DNA from: Patescibacteria group bacterium
Lineage (GTDB): Bacteria > Patescibacteriota > CPR2 > UBA1875
Length of the DNA stretch: 64,000 nucleotides
NCBI GenBank assembly: GCA_041737595.1
Contig: JBGSRK010000011.1
Coordinates: 2,658-66,657 of the forward strand
Direction: 5' to 3'
Part shown: positions 9,718-19,340 of the stretch, one piece after another
Numbering within the stretch: the first letter of the stretch is position 1
How the letters are laid out: each line of letters opens with the position of its first letter
Position numbers and translations under genes: made by a program
The notes under the pieces: generated by a model
The model's input: the letters and a program-made list of their open reading frames with translations, nothing else
Told to the model about the DNA's origin: nothing
Database searches by the model: none

Positions 9718-11469
9718 ATGAATAAATTTGATATAGATACTATAAGACATTCCACATCACATATATTAGCGATGGCTGTTTTGGATATGTTTCCTGAAGC
9801 AAAACTTGCCATAGGCCCATCAATTGAAAATGGTTTTTACTATGATTTTGATTTACCTCGCACATTAATACCTGAGGATTTGCCACTACTTGAAAATAAA
9901 ATGAGAAAAATTCTCAAAAAGAATGAAAAATTTATAAAATCAGAAATGAAAATAGATGACGCTCTATTATTATTGAAAAAATCAGGAGAAATTTATAAGG
10001 CCGAATTAATATCAGATCTTAAAAAAGATGGTGCAAAAAAAGTTTCTTTTTATAAAACTGGTGATTTTTCTGACCTTTGCGCAGGTCCACATGTTGAATC
10101 GACGCAAAACCTTCAAAATATTGGATTTAAACTTACTACTGTTGCAGGCGCATACTGGAAAGGTAGCGAAAAAAATAAAATGCTCCAAAGAATCTACGGT
10201 GTGGCCTTTGAATCAAAAGCAAAACTAGAAGAATATCTTAATATGATGGAAGAGGCAAAAAAAAGAGACCATAGAAAACTCGGTCAAGACCTTGGAATTT
10301 TTATGATAGATGAAACGGTAGGAAAGGGTCTACCTCTTTGGTTACCAAAAGGTGCAATTTTACGCCAAACACTTGAAAGATTTATTGAAGATGAAGAAAC
10401 AAAAAGAGGTTATTTTAGAACGTATACACCCGTTATTGGTAATGTTCGGCTTTATAAAATGTCTGGGCATTGGGACCATTATAAAGATGATATGTACCCT
10501 GTAATGGATCTAGATGGTGAGGAATATGTGCTTCGCCCAATGACTTGTCCTCATCAATTTATGATTTATAAAAATGATTTAAAAAGCTATAAAGATCTTC
10601 CTATTAGGTACGCCGAACTTGCGGAAATGTATCGCAGAGAAAAATCAGGGGAATTATCTGGTCTTTCAAGAGTAATGGGGTTTACTCTAAATGATGCTCA
10701 TATTATTTGTACCTCGGATCAACTCGAGAAAGAATTTTTAGCTGTGCTTGATTTGATAAAATTCTCGCTTAAAAAATTGGGTCTTTCGGAAGATGTTTGG
10801 TATAAGGCCTCTTTAAGGGATAAATTAAAAACGAAATACTTAGATAACGAAAAGTTATGGGAAGAGTCTGAGAAGTCTTTAATTAAAATTCTCAAACAAG
10901 CCGGTATTAAATATGAAGTTGGTATTGGTGATGCTGCATTCTACGGTCCAAAAGCGGATATTCAAATAAAAAATTACTTAGGTAAGGAAGAAACAATAAT
11001 TACTGTTCAAATTGATTTAAATTCTGCCGACAGATTCGATATGAGTTATATTGATAAAAACGGCGAACGGAAGCGTCCAGTGATTATTCATCGTTCAGCA
11101 ATCGGATGTATAGAAAGAACAGTAGCGTTTCTTTTAGAAAAACACGCAGGTCATTTGCCTCTTTGGTTAGCACCTGTGCAAGTCTCAGTTATTACAGTTG
11201 GTCCTTCGGCAAAAAAATATTCAAAGGAATTATTCAAAAAATTACAGGATGAAAAAATAAGAGCAGAGCTTCGAGATGATAATGAAACAATTGGTAAAAA
11301 AATACGTGAGGCAGAGATGCAAAAAATACCTTACATGCTTGTTGTTGGTGATAAGGAGGTTGCTATAAAATCTGTTGCCGTAAGAAAACCAGGTGATAAA
11401 AAAATTGAAGTTATAAAATTTGATAAATTTTTAATTGATCTAAAAAAGAAAATAGAAGATAAAAAATAA
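9718..11469 (+). CDS. thrS: Threonine--tRNA ligase
   Basis: RHSTSH, DLCAGPH, RDHRKLG, RPMTCP and AFYGPK motifs. Confidence 0.98.
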   Translation: MNKFDIDTIRHSTSHILAMAVLDMFPEAKLAIGPSIENGFYYDFDLPRTLIPEDLPLLENKMRKILKKNEKFIKSEMKIDDALLLLKKSGEIYKAELISDLKKDGAKKVSFYKTGDFSDLCAGPHVESTQNLQNIGFKLTTVAGAYWKGSEKNKMLQRIYGVAFESKAKLEEYLNMMEEAKKRDHRKLGQDLGIFMIDETVGKGLPLWLPKGAILRQTLERFIEDEETKRGYFRTYTPVIGNVRLYKMSGHWDHYKDDMYPVMDLDGEEYVLRPMTCPHQFMIYKNDLKSYKDLPIRYAELAEMYRREKSGELSGLSRVMGFTLNDAHIICTSDQLEKEFLAVLDLIKFSLKKLGLSEDVWYKASLRDKLKTKYLDNEKLWEESEKSLIKILKQAGIKYEVGIGDAAFYGPKADIQIKNYLGKEETIITVQIDLNSADRFDMSYIDKNGERKRPVIIHRSAIGCIERTVAFLLEKHAGHLPLWLAPVQVSVITVGPSAKKYSKELFKKLQDEKIRAELRDDNETIGKKIREAEMQKIPYMLVVGDKEVAIKSVAVRKPGDKKIEVIKFDKFLIDLKKKIEDKK

Positions 11470-12599
11470 TGAACGAAGACCCAATAAAATTTCACAAAGA
11501 CTTGGTGGGTAAAATTGAAGTTAGGTCAAAAGCAAAACTCACAAACAAAAATCTCCATCTCGCATACACACCAGGGGTTGGCCGTGTATCCTCTGCTATC
11601 GCTAAAGATAAAAAATTAGTAGAAAAATATACAGGTAAATATAATAATGTTGCTATTGTTACTGATGGAACAGCTGTTTTAGGTCTTGGTAATATTGGGC
11701 CAGAGGCTGCTTTGCCAGTAATGGAAGGTAAGGCAGCAATTTTTTCTGATTTTGCTGGTGTTAATGCTACACCAATTTGTCTTTCGACCCAAGAACCCGA
11801 AGAAATAATAAAAACCGTAAAGGCAATCGCGCCTTCATTTGGTGGGATTAATCTTGAAGATATTGCTGCCCCCCAATGTTTTTATATTGAAAGAACTTTA
11901 TCTCGTGAACTCGATATCCCAGTTTTCCATGATGATCAACATGGGACAGCAATTGTGGTGCTTGCCGGTCTTATAAATGCTTTAAAAGTAGTAAAAAAAG
12001 ATAAAAATGTAAAAATTGTAATTTCCGGTGCAGGGGCAGCTGGTCTTTCTATTGCTGATCTTCTTTTTGAGGCAGGGTACAAAAATTTTTGCATATGCGA
12101 TTCAAAAGGAGTCATTTCAAAAGATAGAAAAGATATTAGAGGTGAAAAAAAGAAAATTGCTACTAAAGGGAAAATGAAATGTGTTGCAGGGACCTGTAGT
12201 GAAATGCTTTTTGAAACAGATGTGTTTATTGGAGTTTCAAAACCAAATTTATTAACTGCGGAAGATATCTCTAAAATGAATAAAAATCCGATTATTTTTG
12301 CTCTTGCTAACCCAGATCCAGAAATACTCCCAGATATAGCTAAATTAGGCGGTGCGAAGGTTATCGCTACGGGAAGAAGTGATTTTCCAAACCAGATAAA
12401 CAATGCTCTTGTTTTCCCTGGTATGTTCAGAGGGCTACTCGATGCAAGAATCAAAAAAGTAACACCTGAAATTAAAATTTCCGTATCAAAAGCGATTGCA
12501 AAATTAGTAAAAAAACCAACGGCAAAAAATATAATACCTTCTATTTTTAATAAAAAAGTAGTTACAGAAGTTGCAAAGGCTGTTAAACGATTCAAATAA
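11469..12599 (+). CDS. NAD(P)-dependent malic enzyme
   Basis: AYTPGV, VTDGTAVLGLGNIG, FHDDQHGTA, GAGAAG, NNALVFPG; TAATG-coupled to thrS. Confidence 0.95.
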   Translation: MNEDPIKFHKDLVGKIEVRSKAKLTNKNLHLAYTPGVGRVSSAIAKDKKLVEKYTGKYNNVAIVTDGTAVLGLGNIGPEAALPVMEGKAAIFSDFAGVNATPICLSTQEPEEIIKTVKAIAPSFGGINLEDIAAPQCFYIERTLSRELDIPVFHDDQHGTAIVVLAGLINALKVVKKDKNVKIVISGAGAAGLSIADLLFEAGYKNFCICDSKGVISKDRKDIRGEKKKIATKGKMKCVAGTCSEMLFETDVFIGVSKPNLLTAEDISKMNKNPIIFALANPDPEILPDIAKLGGAKVIATGRSDFPNQINNALVFPGMFRGLLDARIKKVTPEIKISVSKAIAKLVKKPTAKNIIPSIFNKKVVTEVAKAVKRFK

Positions 12600-12644
12600 A
12601 CTTTTAGTTTATAAAAACATAATAATTTGTTAAAATAAGGCGCT

Positions 12645-13901
12645 ATGAAATATTTTATTTGGGTGCTGGGTTGTACGATGAATTATTCGGATGCGGAACG
12701 AATTGCTACGGTAATGAATCTTTTAGGTTACAAAAAAACAGAAGAAGAAAAAGAGGCAAATATAATCATTACAGTTGCTTGTAGTGTAAGACAGACTGCA
12801 ATAGACCGAATTTACGGAAAAACAAGAGATTGGAATAAAAAAAGGTTAAAAGATATTAAATTCAAAACTATACTTTCTGGTTGTGTACTGCCAAAAGATC
12901 AACTAAAAATGGAAAATTCATTTGATTTAATTTTTGATATTAATGAGATAGAAAAATTATCAAAATTTTTGAAACCTAAAAATGATATTAAAGGCCTTTC
13001 TGGAGAATACTTATCAATTTTACCCCAACATAAATCCAGTTTTAGAGCATTTGTCCCTATAATGACAGGATGCAATAATTTTTGCTCATATTGTGCAGTC
13101 CCATATACAAGAGGAAGAGAAAAATCTCGCCCTCAAAAGGAAGTAATTTTAGAGGTGAAAGATTTAATAAAAAGAGGATATACAGAAATTCATCTTCTCG
13201 GACAAAATGTAAATTCATATAAATATAATTTTTCCGAATTATTAAAAAAAATTGATTCTTTAGAGGGCGAATGGAGAGGATATTTTTATTCTAACCACCC
13301 TAAAGATTTTTCTGAAGAACTTTTGAATACAATTTCAAAATTAAATCATTTCCCGCACTATATTCACTTCCCACTCCAATCTGGAGATGACAATATATTA
13401 AAAAGTATGAACAGAAATTATACAAAAAAGATTTATCTTAATCTGATAAATAAAATAAGAAAATTAATGCCAGATGTGGTTATCACAACAGATATAATTG
13501 TTGGTTATCCAGGCGAAAACGAAAAAGAATTTAAACAAACTATAGAAGTTTCAATAAAATCAAAATTTGAAATGATTTTTATTGGTAAATATAGTCCAAG
13601 GCCGGGGGCTAAAAGTATAAAACTTCTTGATAATGTCTCGAATCTTGAGAAGAAGAAAAGAGAAAAAATATTAACAAAAGTCCTTGAAGAAAATTTAATC
13701 AAGGTTAATAAAAAATTTAAGAATAAATACCTAAGGATTCTGGTTGATGAAAAAAAGAACAATAAATATTATGGTCGGACAGAGGGATATAAAGTGGTTG
13801 AAATAAAAACCGACCAAGAATTAAATATTGGCCAGTTTTATGATGTTTTAATTATAGATACTAGTGCTTGGAAACTATTCGGAGAGCTTAGGGATATTTA
13901 A
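12645..13901 (+). CDS. miaB: tRNA methylthiotransferase MiaB
   Basis: LGCTMNYSD, CSVR, radical-SAM CNNFCSYC, TRAM-like C-terminus; near miaA. Confidence 0.9.
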   Translation: MKYFIWVLGCTMNYSDAERIATVMNLLGYKKTEEEKEANIIITVACSVRQTAIDRIYGKTRDWNKKRLKDIKFKTILSGCVLPKDQLKMENSFDLIFDINEIEKLSKFLKPKNDIKGLSGEYLSILPQHKSSFRAFVPIMTGCNNFCSYCAVPYTRGREKSRPQKEVILEVKDLIKRGYTEIHLLGQNVNSYKYNFSELLKKIDSLEGEWRGYFYSNHPKDFSEELLNTISKLNHFPHYIHFPLQSGDDNILKSMNRNYTKKIYLNLINKIRKLMPDVVITTDIIVGYPGENEKEFKQTIEVSIKSKFEMIFIGKYSPRPGAKSIKLLDNVSNLEKKKREKILTKVLEENLIKVNKKFKNKYLRILVDEKKNNKYYGRTEGYKVVEIKTDQELNIGQFYDVLIIDTSAWKLFGELRDI

Positions 13902-14354
13902 ATTTTGGCCGTTATCTATCTCCCAGTCATTTCTCCCCTCAGTCCCTGTTATCCCAGGGTTTCTTTTTTCTACTTCAGCCATAAATGCATCCAAAGAAAA
14001 ACCATTTTCAGCATAAGGTAACTTGTGATAAATACCTATAACACTATCTCCTCCCTCAACATGATAATTTCTATCTGGGAGTAGTGAAAGTTCAACATTT
14101 TTATCGATATCTCCTGCATATTCAACCCCAATATCTCTTTTCACAGAATTTTCACCTTCACTATGTGCTATCCCGGCGACTATAGCACCAGATGCTGCAG
14201 TAAGCATTGCTGTTGCTGCTATCCTCCCGGCCTTTTGTTTTAAACTCAATTTTCTATTTTTTTCTTCATCTCTTTTAATTTTAGATTTCTTAGCGGACAT
14301 CTCCGCTTGTTCTCTTATTTCATTTGTTGATGGTCTATAGCCTGATTCTGACAT
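13875..14354 (-). CDS. Membrane-anchored protein with C-terminal LysM-like domain
   Basis: One TM segment, then YHVEGGDSV..I...NPGI....IDNGQNLNIP; AGGAG SD. Confidence 0.55.
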   Translation of the reverse strand: MSESGYRPSTNEIREQAEMSAKKSKIKRDEEKNRKLSLKQKAGRIAATAMLTAASGAIVAGIAHSEGENSVKRDIGVEYAGDIDKNVELSLLPDRNYHVEGGDSVIGIYHKLPYAENGFSLDAFMAEVEKRNPGITGTEGRNDWEIDNGQNLNIPKLSE

Positions 14355-14399
14355 AAAATTCTCCTAAATTATCTTAAGTCAGAGTATAATATAGCTTAC

Positions 14400-15326
14400 G
14401 TGAAAAAGCCAATTATTGTTATTACAGGGCCTACTGCGAGCGGGAAAACTGCTCTTTCTTTAATTGTGGCGAAAAAATTTAAAGCAGAGATAATTTGTGC
14501 TGATTCAATGACAGTATTTCGCGGGATGGATATTGGGACCGATAAACCCACTACAAATAAAAAATTATTAAAAAGAAAAGATGGCAGTTATATTATTAAT
14601 GGAATATCACACCATCTCTTAGACGAATTAAATCCTGATCAGGAATTTAATGTTTCTATTTTTAAAGAACTTGCAGATGAAAAAATCAAAAATATACATA
14701 AAAGAGGCAATATACCAATATTAGTTGGTGGTTCAACAATGTACATTGACGCAACAGTTTATCAATATGAAATACCAAAAGTAAAACCAGATTTTGATCT
14801 TAGAAATGAGCTAGAAAAAAAATCAAATGAAGAACTTTTCTCAGAACTAGTTGAGCTTGACCCAGATTGTGAGTGGACAATTGATCGCCATAATAAAAGA
14901 AGAATTATAAGGGCTCTTGAGGTGATAAAAAAAACAGGTCAGCCATTTTGTGGGCAGAGAACTAAATCAATTTTACCCGATAATGTTTTATATTTAGCAG
15001 TGGAAAGAGATCGTTCGGAACTATATTTAGATATAAATCGCCGAGTAGATGAAATGATGAAGATAGGTTTTTTAAAGGAAGTAGAGAGCCTCTTTGTTAA
15101 ATATGATCATAATACTGCAATGCAAGCAGCTGGTTATAAACAGTTAACTAAATATTTAGATGGGACAATGGAGCTCGAAGAAGCTATAGAAAAAACTAAA
15201 CAAGTTCATCGTAATTATGCAAAAAGGCAAATGACATGGCTCAGAAGAAACAAAGATATTATTTGGGTTGATAATAATAAACACGCCGAAGAAGAAATAA
15301 AAAATTTTTTAAATAAAATTAAGTGA
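14400..15326 (+). CDS. miaA: tRNA dimethylallyltransferase
   Basis: GPTASGKT, ADSM, VGGSTMY and YAKRQMTW motifs. Confidence 0.97.
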   Translation: MKKPIIVITGPTASGKTALSLIVAKKFKAEIICADSMTVFRGMDIGTDKPTTNKKLLKRKDGSYIINGISHHLLDELNPDQEFNVSIFKELADEKIKNIHKRGNIPILVGGSTMYIDATVYQYEIPKVKPDFDLRNELEKKSNEELFSELVELDPDCEWTIDRHNKRRIIRALEVIKKTGQPFCGQRTKSILPDNVLYLAVERDRSELYLDINRRVDEMMKIGFLKEVESLFVKYDHNTAMQAAGYKQLTKYLDGTMELEEAIEKTKQVHRNYAKRQMTWLRRNKDIIWVDNNKHAEEEIKNFLNKIK

Positions 15327-15360
15327 TTCCAACCAGGTGCTCATGTTATACTAAATTTAT

Positions 15361-16752
15361 ATGAAATTATTTGCGATATTAATCGGTAAATTTATTATTT
15401 TTGCGACAAGAATTACTCATATGGGGAGTGGCACAACATTACCCGGGCTTGTTGCACAAAAAATTGATAGGAATATTATAAGGAGTCTATCAGAAAAATT
15501 AAGATATGGGGCCATTATTGTTACAGGGACAAATGGCAAAACAACTTCTTCTAAAATGCTTGTCGAAATTTTATCTGAAGAGGGCTATACGGTTCTTCAT
15601 AACCCTTCTGGTTCAAACCTTACACGCGGAATCGCATCTGCCTTAATACAATCATCTAATATTATTGGGACAAATCTTGCTGCCGATATAGCAGTTTTTG
15701 AAGTTGATGAGGCAACAATGCCAGAGGCAACCACAAAAATAAGACCAAAAATAGTTGTAGTAAATAATCTTTTTCGTGACCAACTTGATCGTTATGGTGA
15801 ACTAGATAAAACCGCTTCAATAATTGGTAATTCTTTAAGAGGGTTTTCTAAGATGATTACCATACTAAATGCTGATGACCCATTAGTCTATTCACTTTCA
15901 AAATATGCCGAAGGGACTGTTAAATATTTTGGTCTTTCTGATAAAGATATAATTGCAAAATCTACAGCTGCTATGGATTCAAAAGATTGTACTGAATGTG
16001 GCCACGAACTAATTTATAAAAATAGACATTTCGGGCATTTAGGTGACTGGAAATGTAAAAATTGTGGGGTTGCTCGACCAAAACTTGATTATTATGCTGA
16101 AGATATTATTATAAGCCCCGAAAAATCAAATTTTAAAATAAAATTATCAAAGGAATTGCTACCCGTTGAGATACCGCTTCCAGGTCTTTATAACGTTTAT
16201 AATGCACTTTCAGCTGTAGCAACTTCAGATATTATTTCTTCAGGAGGGGCAGCAGTTTCTCACGCGTTAAGAAATTTCGCAGCGGCTTTTGGGAGAATGG
16301 AAACATTAGATATAGAAGGGAAAAAGGTAATGATTCTTCTTGTTAAAAACCCAACGGGAGCAAACCAATCCTTGGAAGCAATTTTTTCTGATGATAAACA
16401 GAAAAACATTTTATTTGCCCTAAATGATAATTTTGCAGATGGTACAGATGTTTCATGGATTTGGGATATTGATTTTGAATCATTTGATTTTTCCAAAACT
16501 AAAATTGTGGCCTCTGGTTTAAGAGCAGAAGATATGGCTTTAAGATTTAAATACGCTGGTCTTATTAAAAATCAATTTACAATTGAAAAAGATATAATAT
16601 TAGCCGTTAAAGAATTAATAGGTAAAAGCAAAGAGGGTGAAACTAGTTACATTTTTTCTACATATACTGCAATGATAGAAATTAGAAATACGTTTATCGA
16701 AAAAGATGATGTCCATTCAGAATTAGGTAAAGTAACAAAGCATGGAGTTTAA
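15361..16752 (+). CDS. murT: Lipid II isoglutaminyl synthase subunit MurT
   Basis: GTNGKTT, NLFRDQLDRYGE, Cys4 zinc finger, DGTDVSWIWD (DUF1727). Confidence 0.92.
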   Translation: MKLFAILIGKFIIFATRITHMGSGTTLPGLVAQKIDRNIIRSLSEKLRYGAIIVTGTNGKTTSSKMLVEILSEEGYTVLHNPSGSNLTRGIASALIQSSNIIGTNLAADIAVFEVDEATMPEATTKIRPKIVVVNNLFRDQLDRYGELDKTASIIGNSLRGFSKMITILNADDPLVYSLSKYAEGTVKYFGLSDKDIIAKSTAAMDSKDCTECGHELIYKNRHFGHLGDWKCKNCGVARPKLDYYAEDIIISPEKSNFKIKLSKELLPVEIPLPGLYNVYNALSAVATSDIISSGGAAVSHALRNFAAAFGRMETLDIEGKKVMILLVKNPTGANQSLEAIFSDDKQKNILFALNDNFADGTDVSWIWDIDFESFDFSKTKIVASGLRAEDMALRFKYAGLIKNQFTIEKDIILAVKELIGKSKEGETSYIFSTYTAMIEIRNTFIEKDDVHSELGKVTKHGV

Positions 16753-16795
16753 TAAAAATTTTAACTAATATTTATAAAAGGATATAAAGGAAAAA

Positions 16796-17593
16796 ATGAG
16801 CTATAAAATAAAACTATATCACCTTTACCCATATAATATGAATCTTTATGGTGATCTTGGGAATGTAATAGCAATAAAAAAAAGATGTGAATGGCGTGGC
16901 TTAGAATTTGAAATTGTAAATGTAAAAATTGGGGACAAGGTTGATTTTTCTGATGCCGACATAATATTCATGGGAGGTGGTCAGGATAAAGGTCAAAGTA
17001 TTGTATCATTTGATTTAATAAAAAGAGGTGCTCAAATACGAGACAGAATTGAGGATGGTTGTGTGGCCCTTACAATATGTGGTGGATTCCAATTATTTGG
17101 TAAAACATTTAAAACAAAAGATGGAGTAGAAATTAAGGGCATAGAAGTTTTTGACGTTGAAACAGTTGGAGGAGATAAAAGATTTATAGGGAATGTTGTA
17201 ATTGATATTGCAGACACTTCAACTGAATGGCAAAGCTTATATAAATATAAACAAATGGAAACACCATATACAACTCTAGTGGGGTTTGAGAATCACTCTG
17301 GTCTTACAAAGATTGGAAAGAATTCAAAACCACTTGGTTATGTTCTAAATGGATATGGGAATATGGGAGATGGAAGTTATGAAGGGGCAGTATATAAAAA
17401 TGCTTTTGGCACATATCTTCATGGATCATTATTACCTAAAAACCCTTGGTTTTGCGACCATTTAATTTCAATTGCTTTAATGAACAGATACGGGGTAGCA
17501 ATCCCACTTGATAAAATTGATGATGATTTAGAAATATCTGCTCATCAGGCAGCTATAGAACGAGCAAAAACAGCTAAAACTCTTAGTATATGA
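16796..17593 (+). CDS. gatD: Glutamine amidotransferase subunit GatD
   Basis: MNLYGDLGN, ICGGFQLFG, GFENHSG, TYLHGSLLPKNP. Confidence 0.92.
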   Translation: MSYKIKLYHLYPYNMNLYGDLGNVIAIKKRCEWRGLEFEIVNVKIGDKVDFSDADIIFMGGGQDKGQSIVSFDLIKRGAQIRDRIEDGCVALTICGGFQLFGKTFKTKDGVEIKGIEVFDVETVGGDKRFIGNVVIDIADTSTEWQSLYKYKQMETPYTTLVGFENHSGLTKIGKNSKPLGYVLNGYGNMGDGSYEGAVYKNAFGTYLHGSLLPKNPWFCDHLISIALMNRYGVAIPLDKIDDDLEISAHQAAIERAKTAKTLSI

Positions 17594-18252
17594 AATACAT
17601 AAATAATGAGATTGGTAATATACCCTTGTTAATATCTGTCCCACATGGAGGATACTTATCGGGTGAAAATTTCAAAGATAGAGAAAAGGGATGTTTTGAA
17701 AAAGACAAAAACCTAATTTCTACATTTAAATCTATAAAAAAAGAATTTAATAAATTAGGGCTTGAACCATATTATGTTTATTCAAGAATAAAAAGAATAA
17801 AAGTTGATTTAAATAGAGATAAAAATGAGGTAATTAAACTAAAAAAAAATCTTTTACACTGGGAAGAATACCATGCTCTTATTTCAAAATATATTAATGA
17901 AATTGATAAAAAATACAATAAAGGTATATATATTGATTTGCATGGTCAATCAACAAGAGACTATTTAGAGATTGGATATGGTTCAAAAGAAATAATTAGT
18001 AAATATATTTCAAAAAAAAGTTTCGGCAGTATACTTGAGAAAAACGGGGTTAGTTGTTTTCCATCTTTTAAAAATAAAAAAGTAATTGGTAGGTATCGTG
18101 ATGGTGGTTTTTGTAACAGACGTTACAATAAAAATAATATTAAATCAGTGCAAATAGAGATTGATAAGAAGTGGCGAAAGGATAAAAAAAATAGAGAATT
18201 ATTCGCAGATAAGTTTACTAAATCACTCATAGCTTATTTAAATATTAGTTAG
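17590..18252 (+). CDS. N-formylglutamate amidohydrolase-like protein
   Basis: ISVPHGG, VDLNR, YH, YIDLHG and VQIEI motifs. Confidence 0.7.
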   Translation: MKYINNEIGNIPLLISVPHGGYLSGENFKDREKGCFEKDKNLISTFKSIKKEFNKLGLEPYYVYSRIKRIKVDLNRDKNEVIKLKKNLLHWEEYHALISKYINEIDKKYNKGIYIDLHGQSTRDYLEIGYGSKEIISKYISKKSFGSILEKNGVSCFPSFKNKKVIGRYRDGGFCNRRYNKNNIKSVQIEIDKKWRKDKKNRELFADKFTKSLIAYLNIS

Positions 18253-18257
18253 TTATT

Positions 18258-18284
18258 AAAAAAGAGCCAATTTATGGCTCTTTT
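18258..18284. terminator. Bidirectional intrinsic terminator
   Basis: aaaaagagcca-attta-tggctctttt. Confidence 0.75.
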
Positions 18285-18462
18285 ATTTTGTTTTATTCAT
18301 TGTTTTGAAGCAATTTCCACAAATTCTTATTCTTTTTTCTCCGGGTGCTTCTCTAAAATATTGAAGATTTGGTAGCCATCTTCGCTTTGTTTTTAAATGC
18401 GAATGAGAAACAGCGTGACCTGCCATTGGTTTTTTACCACATTTATCGCAAACTCTACTCAT
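18283..18462 (-). CDS. rpmB: 50S ribosomal protein L28 (not in ORF track)
   Basis: Manual translation [34 protein letters not shown]...[14 protein letters not shown] (59 aa). Confidence 0.95.
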   Translation of the reverse strand: MSRVCDKCGKKPMAGHAVSHSHLKTKRRWLPNLQYFREAPGEKRIRICGNCFKTMNKTK

Positions 18463-18473
18463 TATAATTTTAT

Positions 18474-18530
18474 ATTCCTACGAATGTAGGAAACTTCCTT
18501 TTATGGATCCCTGAACAAGTCAGAAATGAC
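18474..18530. repeat. Degenerate REP-like palindrome pair upstream of rpmB
   Basis: ttcctac-gaat-gtaggaa followed by ggatccctgaacaagtcagaaatgac, ending in the same ATGAC tag as other repeats in the window. Confidence 0.45.
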
Positions 18531-18593
18531 ATACTTATTGATTTATTACACCTAGAAATGTTAACATAACTTGAAGAAAAGTTCAATAATATT

Positions 18594-19199
18594 ATGCCAC
18601 AAGAAGTTACATCTACAATTATAATTATATTCTGTTTTTTAACAGCTATTACTGTACATGAATTTTCCCATGCCTGGGTAGCAAATTATTTAGGAGACGA
18701 TACAGCAAAAATGGCCGGGAGAATGACTTTAAATCCCATAAAACATATAGATTTATGGGGATTACTTGCGATTGTTCTTATTGGTATAGGTTGGGCAAAA
18801 CCAGTCCCTGTAAATTATCTTAAATTTAAAAATGCCAGGGTGGGTAACTTTTTAGTTTCACTCGCAGGGCCTTTTTCGAATTTTGTGTTAGCTTTGCTTT
18901 TTGCGGGTTTATATAAAGTATTGCCCGTAAAAGAAAGTCTATTTTCTTTAATGTTAATTTTAATGGTTCAAATAAATCTAATTTTAATGGTTTTAAACCT
19001 TTTACCTCTACCGCCACTAGATGGCTCAAAAGTTTTTTTATCAATACTACCACTAAAAAATTATCACGAAGCATTAATAAAAGTTGAATCAATGTTTGTT
19101 TTTTCAATTATCATTTTAATATTATTTGGAAGATTTCTTATTATTCCCGCAGCTTCTTTTTTAATGAACTTTATGGGAATCCCTCTAAATTACTATTAA
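18594..19199 (+). CDS. Site-2 protease family (M50) metalloprotease
   Basis: HEFSH, GWAKPVP, AGP.SN and NLLPLPPLDG. Confidence 0.93.
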   Translation: MPQEVTSTIIIIFCFLTAITVHEFSHAWVANYLGDDTAKMAGRMTLNPIKHIDLWGLLAIVLIGIGWAKPVPVNYLKFKNARVGNFLVSLAGPFSNFVLALLFAGLYKVLPVKESLFSLMLILMVQINLILMVLNLLPLPPLDGSKVFLSILPLKNYHEALIKVESMFVFSIIILILFGRFLIIPAASFLMNFMGIPLNYY

Positions 19200-19340
19200 T
19201 TTCGCTTGTCATCTTTAATTTATAAATACTTTCATAAAGTGAAGTAGGAAAGTATTTATAAATATTTATTTTCTTGGTGATAACACAAATCATGTCAGTT
19301 AAACTGGCATTTTTTTATTTTGAGATTTATAATTTAATTA

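Noticed and set aside
11936-12595. Long antisense ORFs (e.g. 11936-12595, 75-512, 55063-55491)
   Set aside because: Shadows of well-supported genes on the opposite strand
19220-19262. Inverted repeat ttataaatactttc...gaaagtatttataa as a mobile element
   Set aside because: Single AT-rich copy after a stop codon; most simply a terminator-like hairpin
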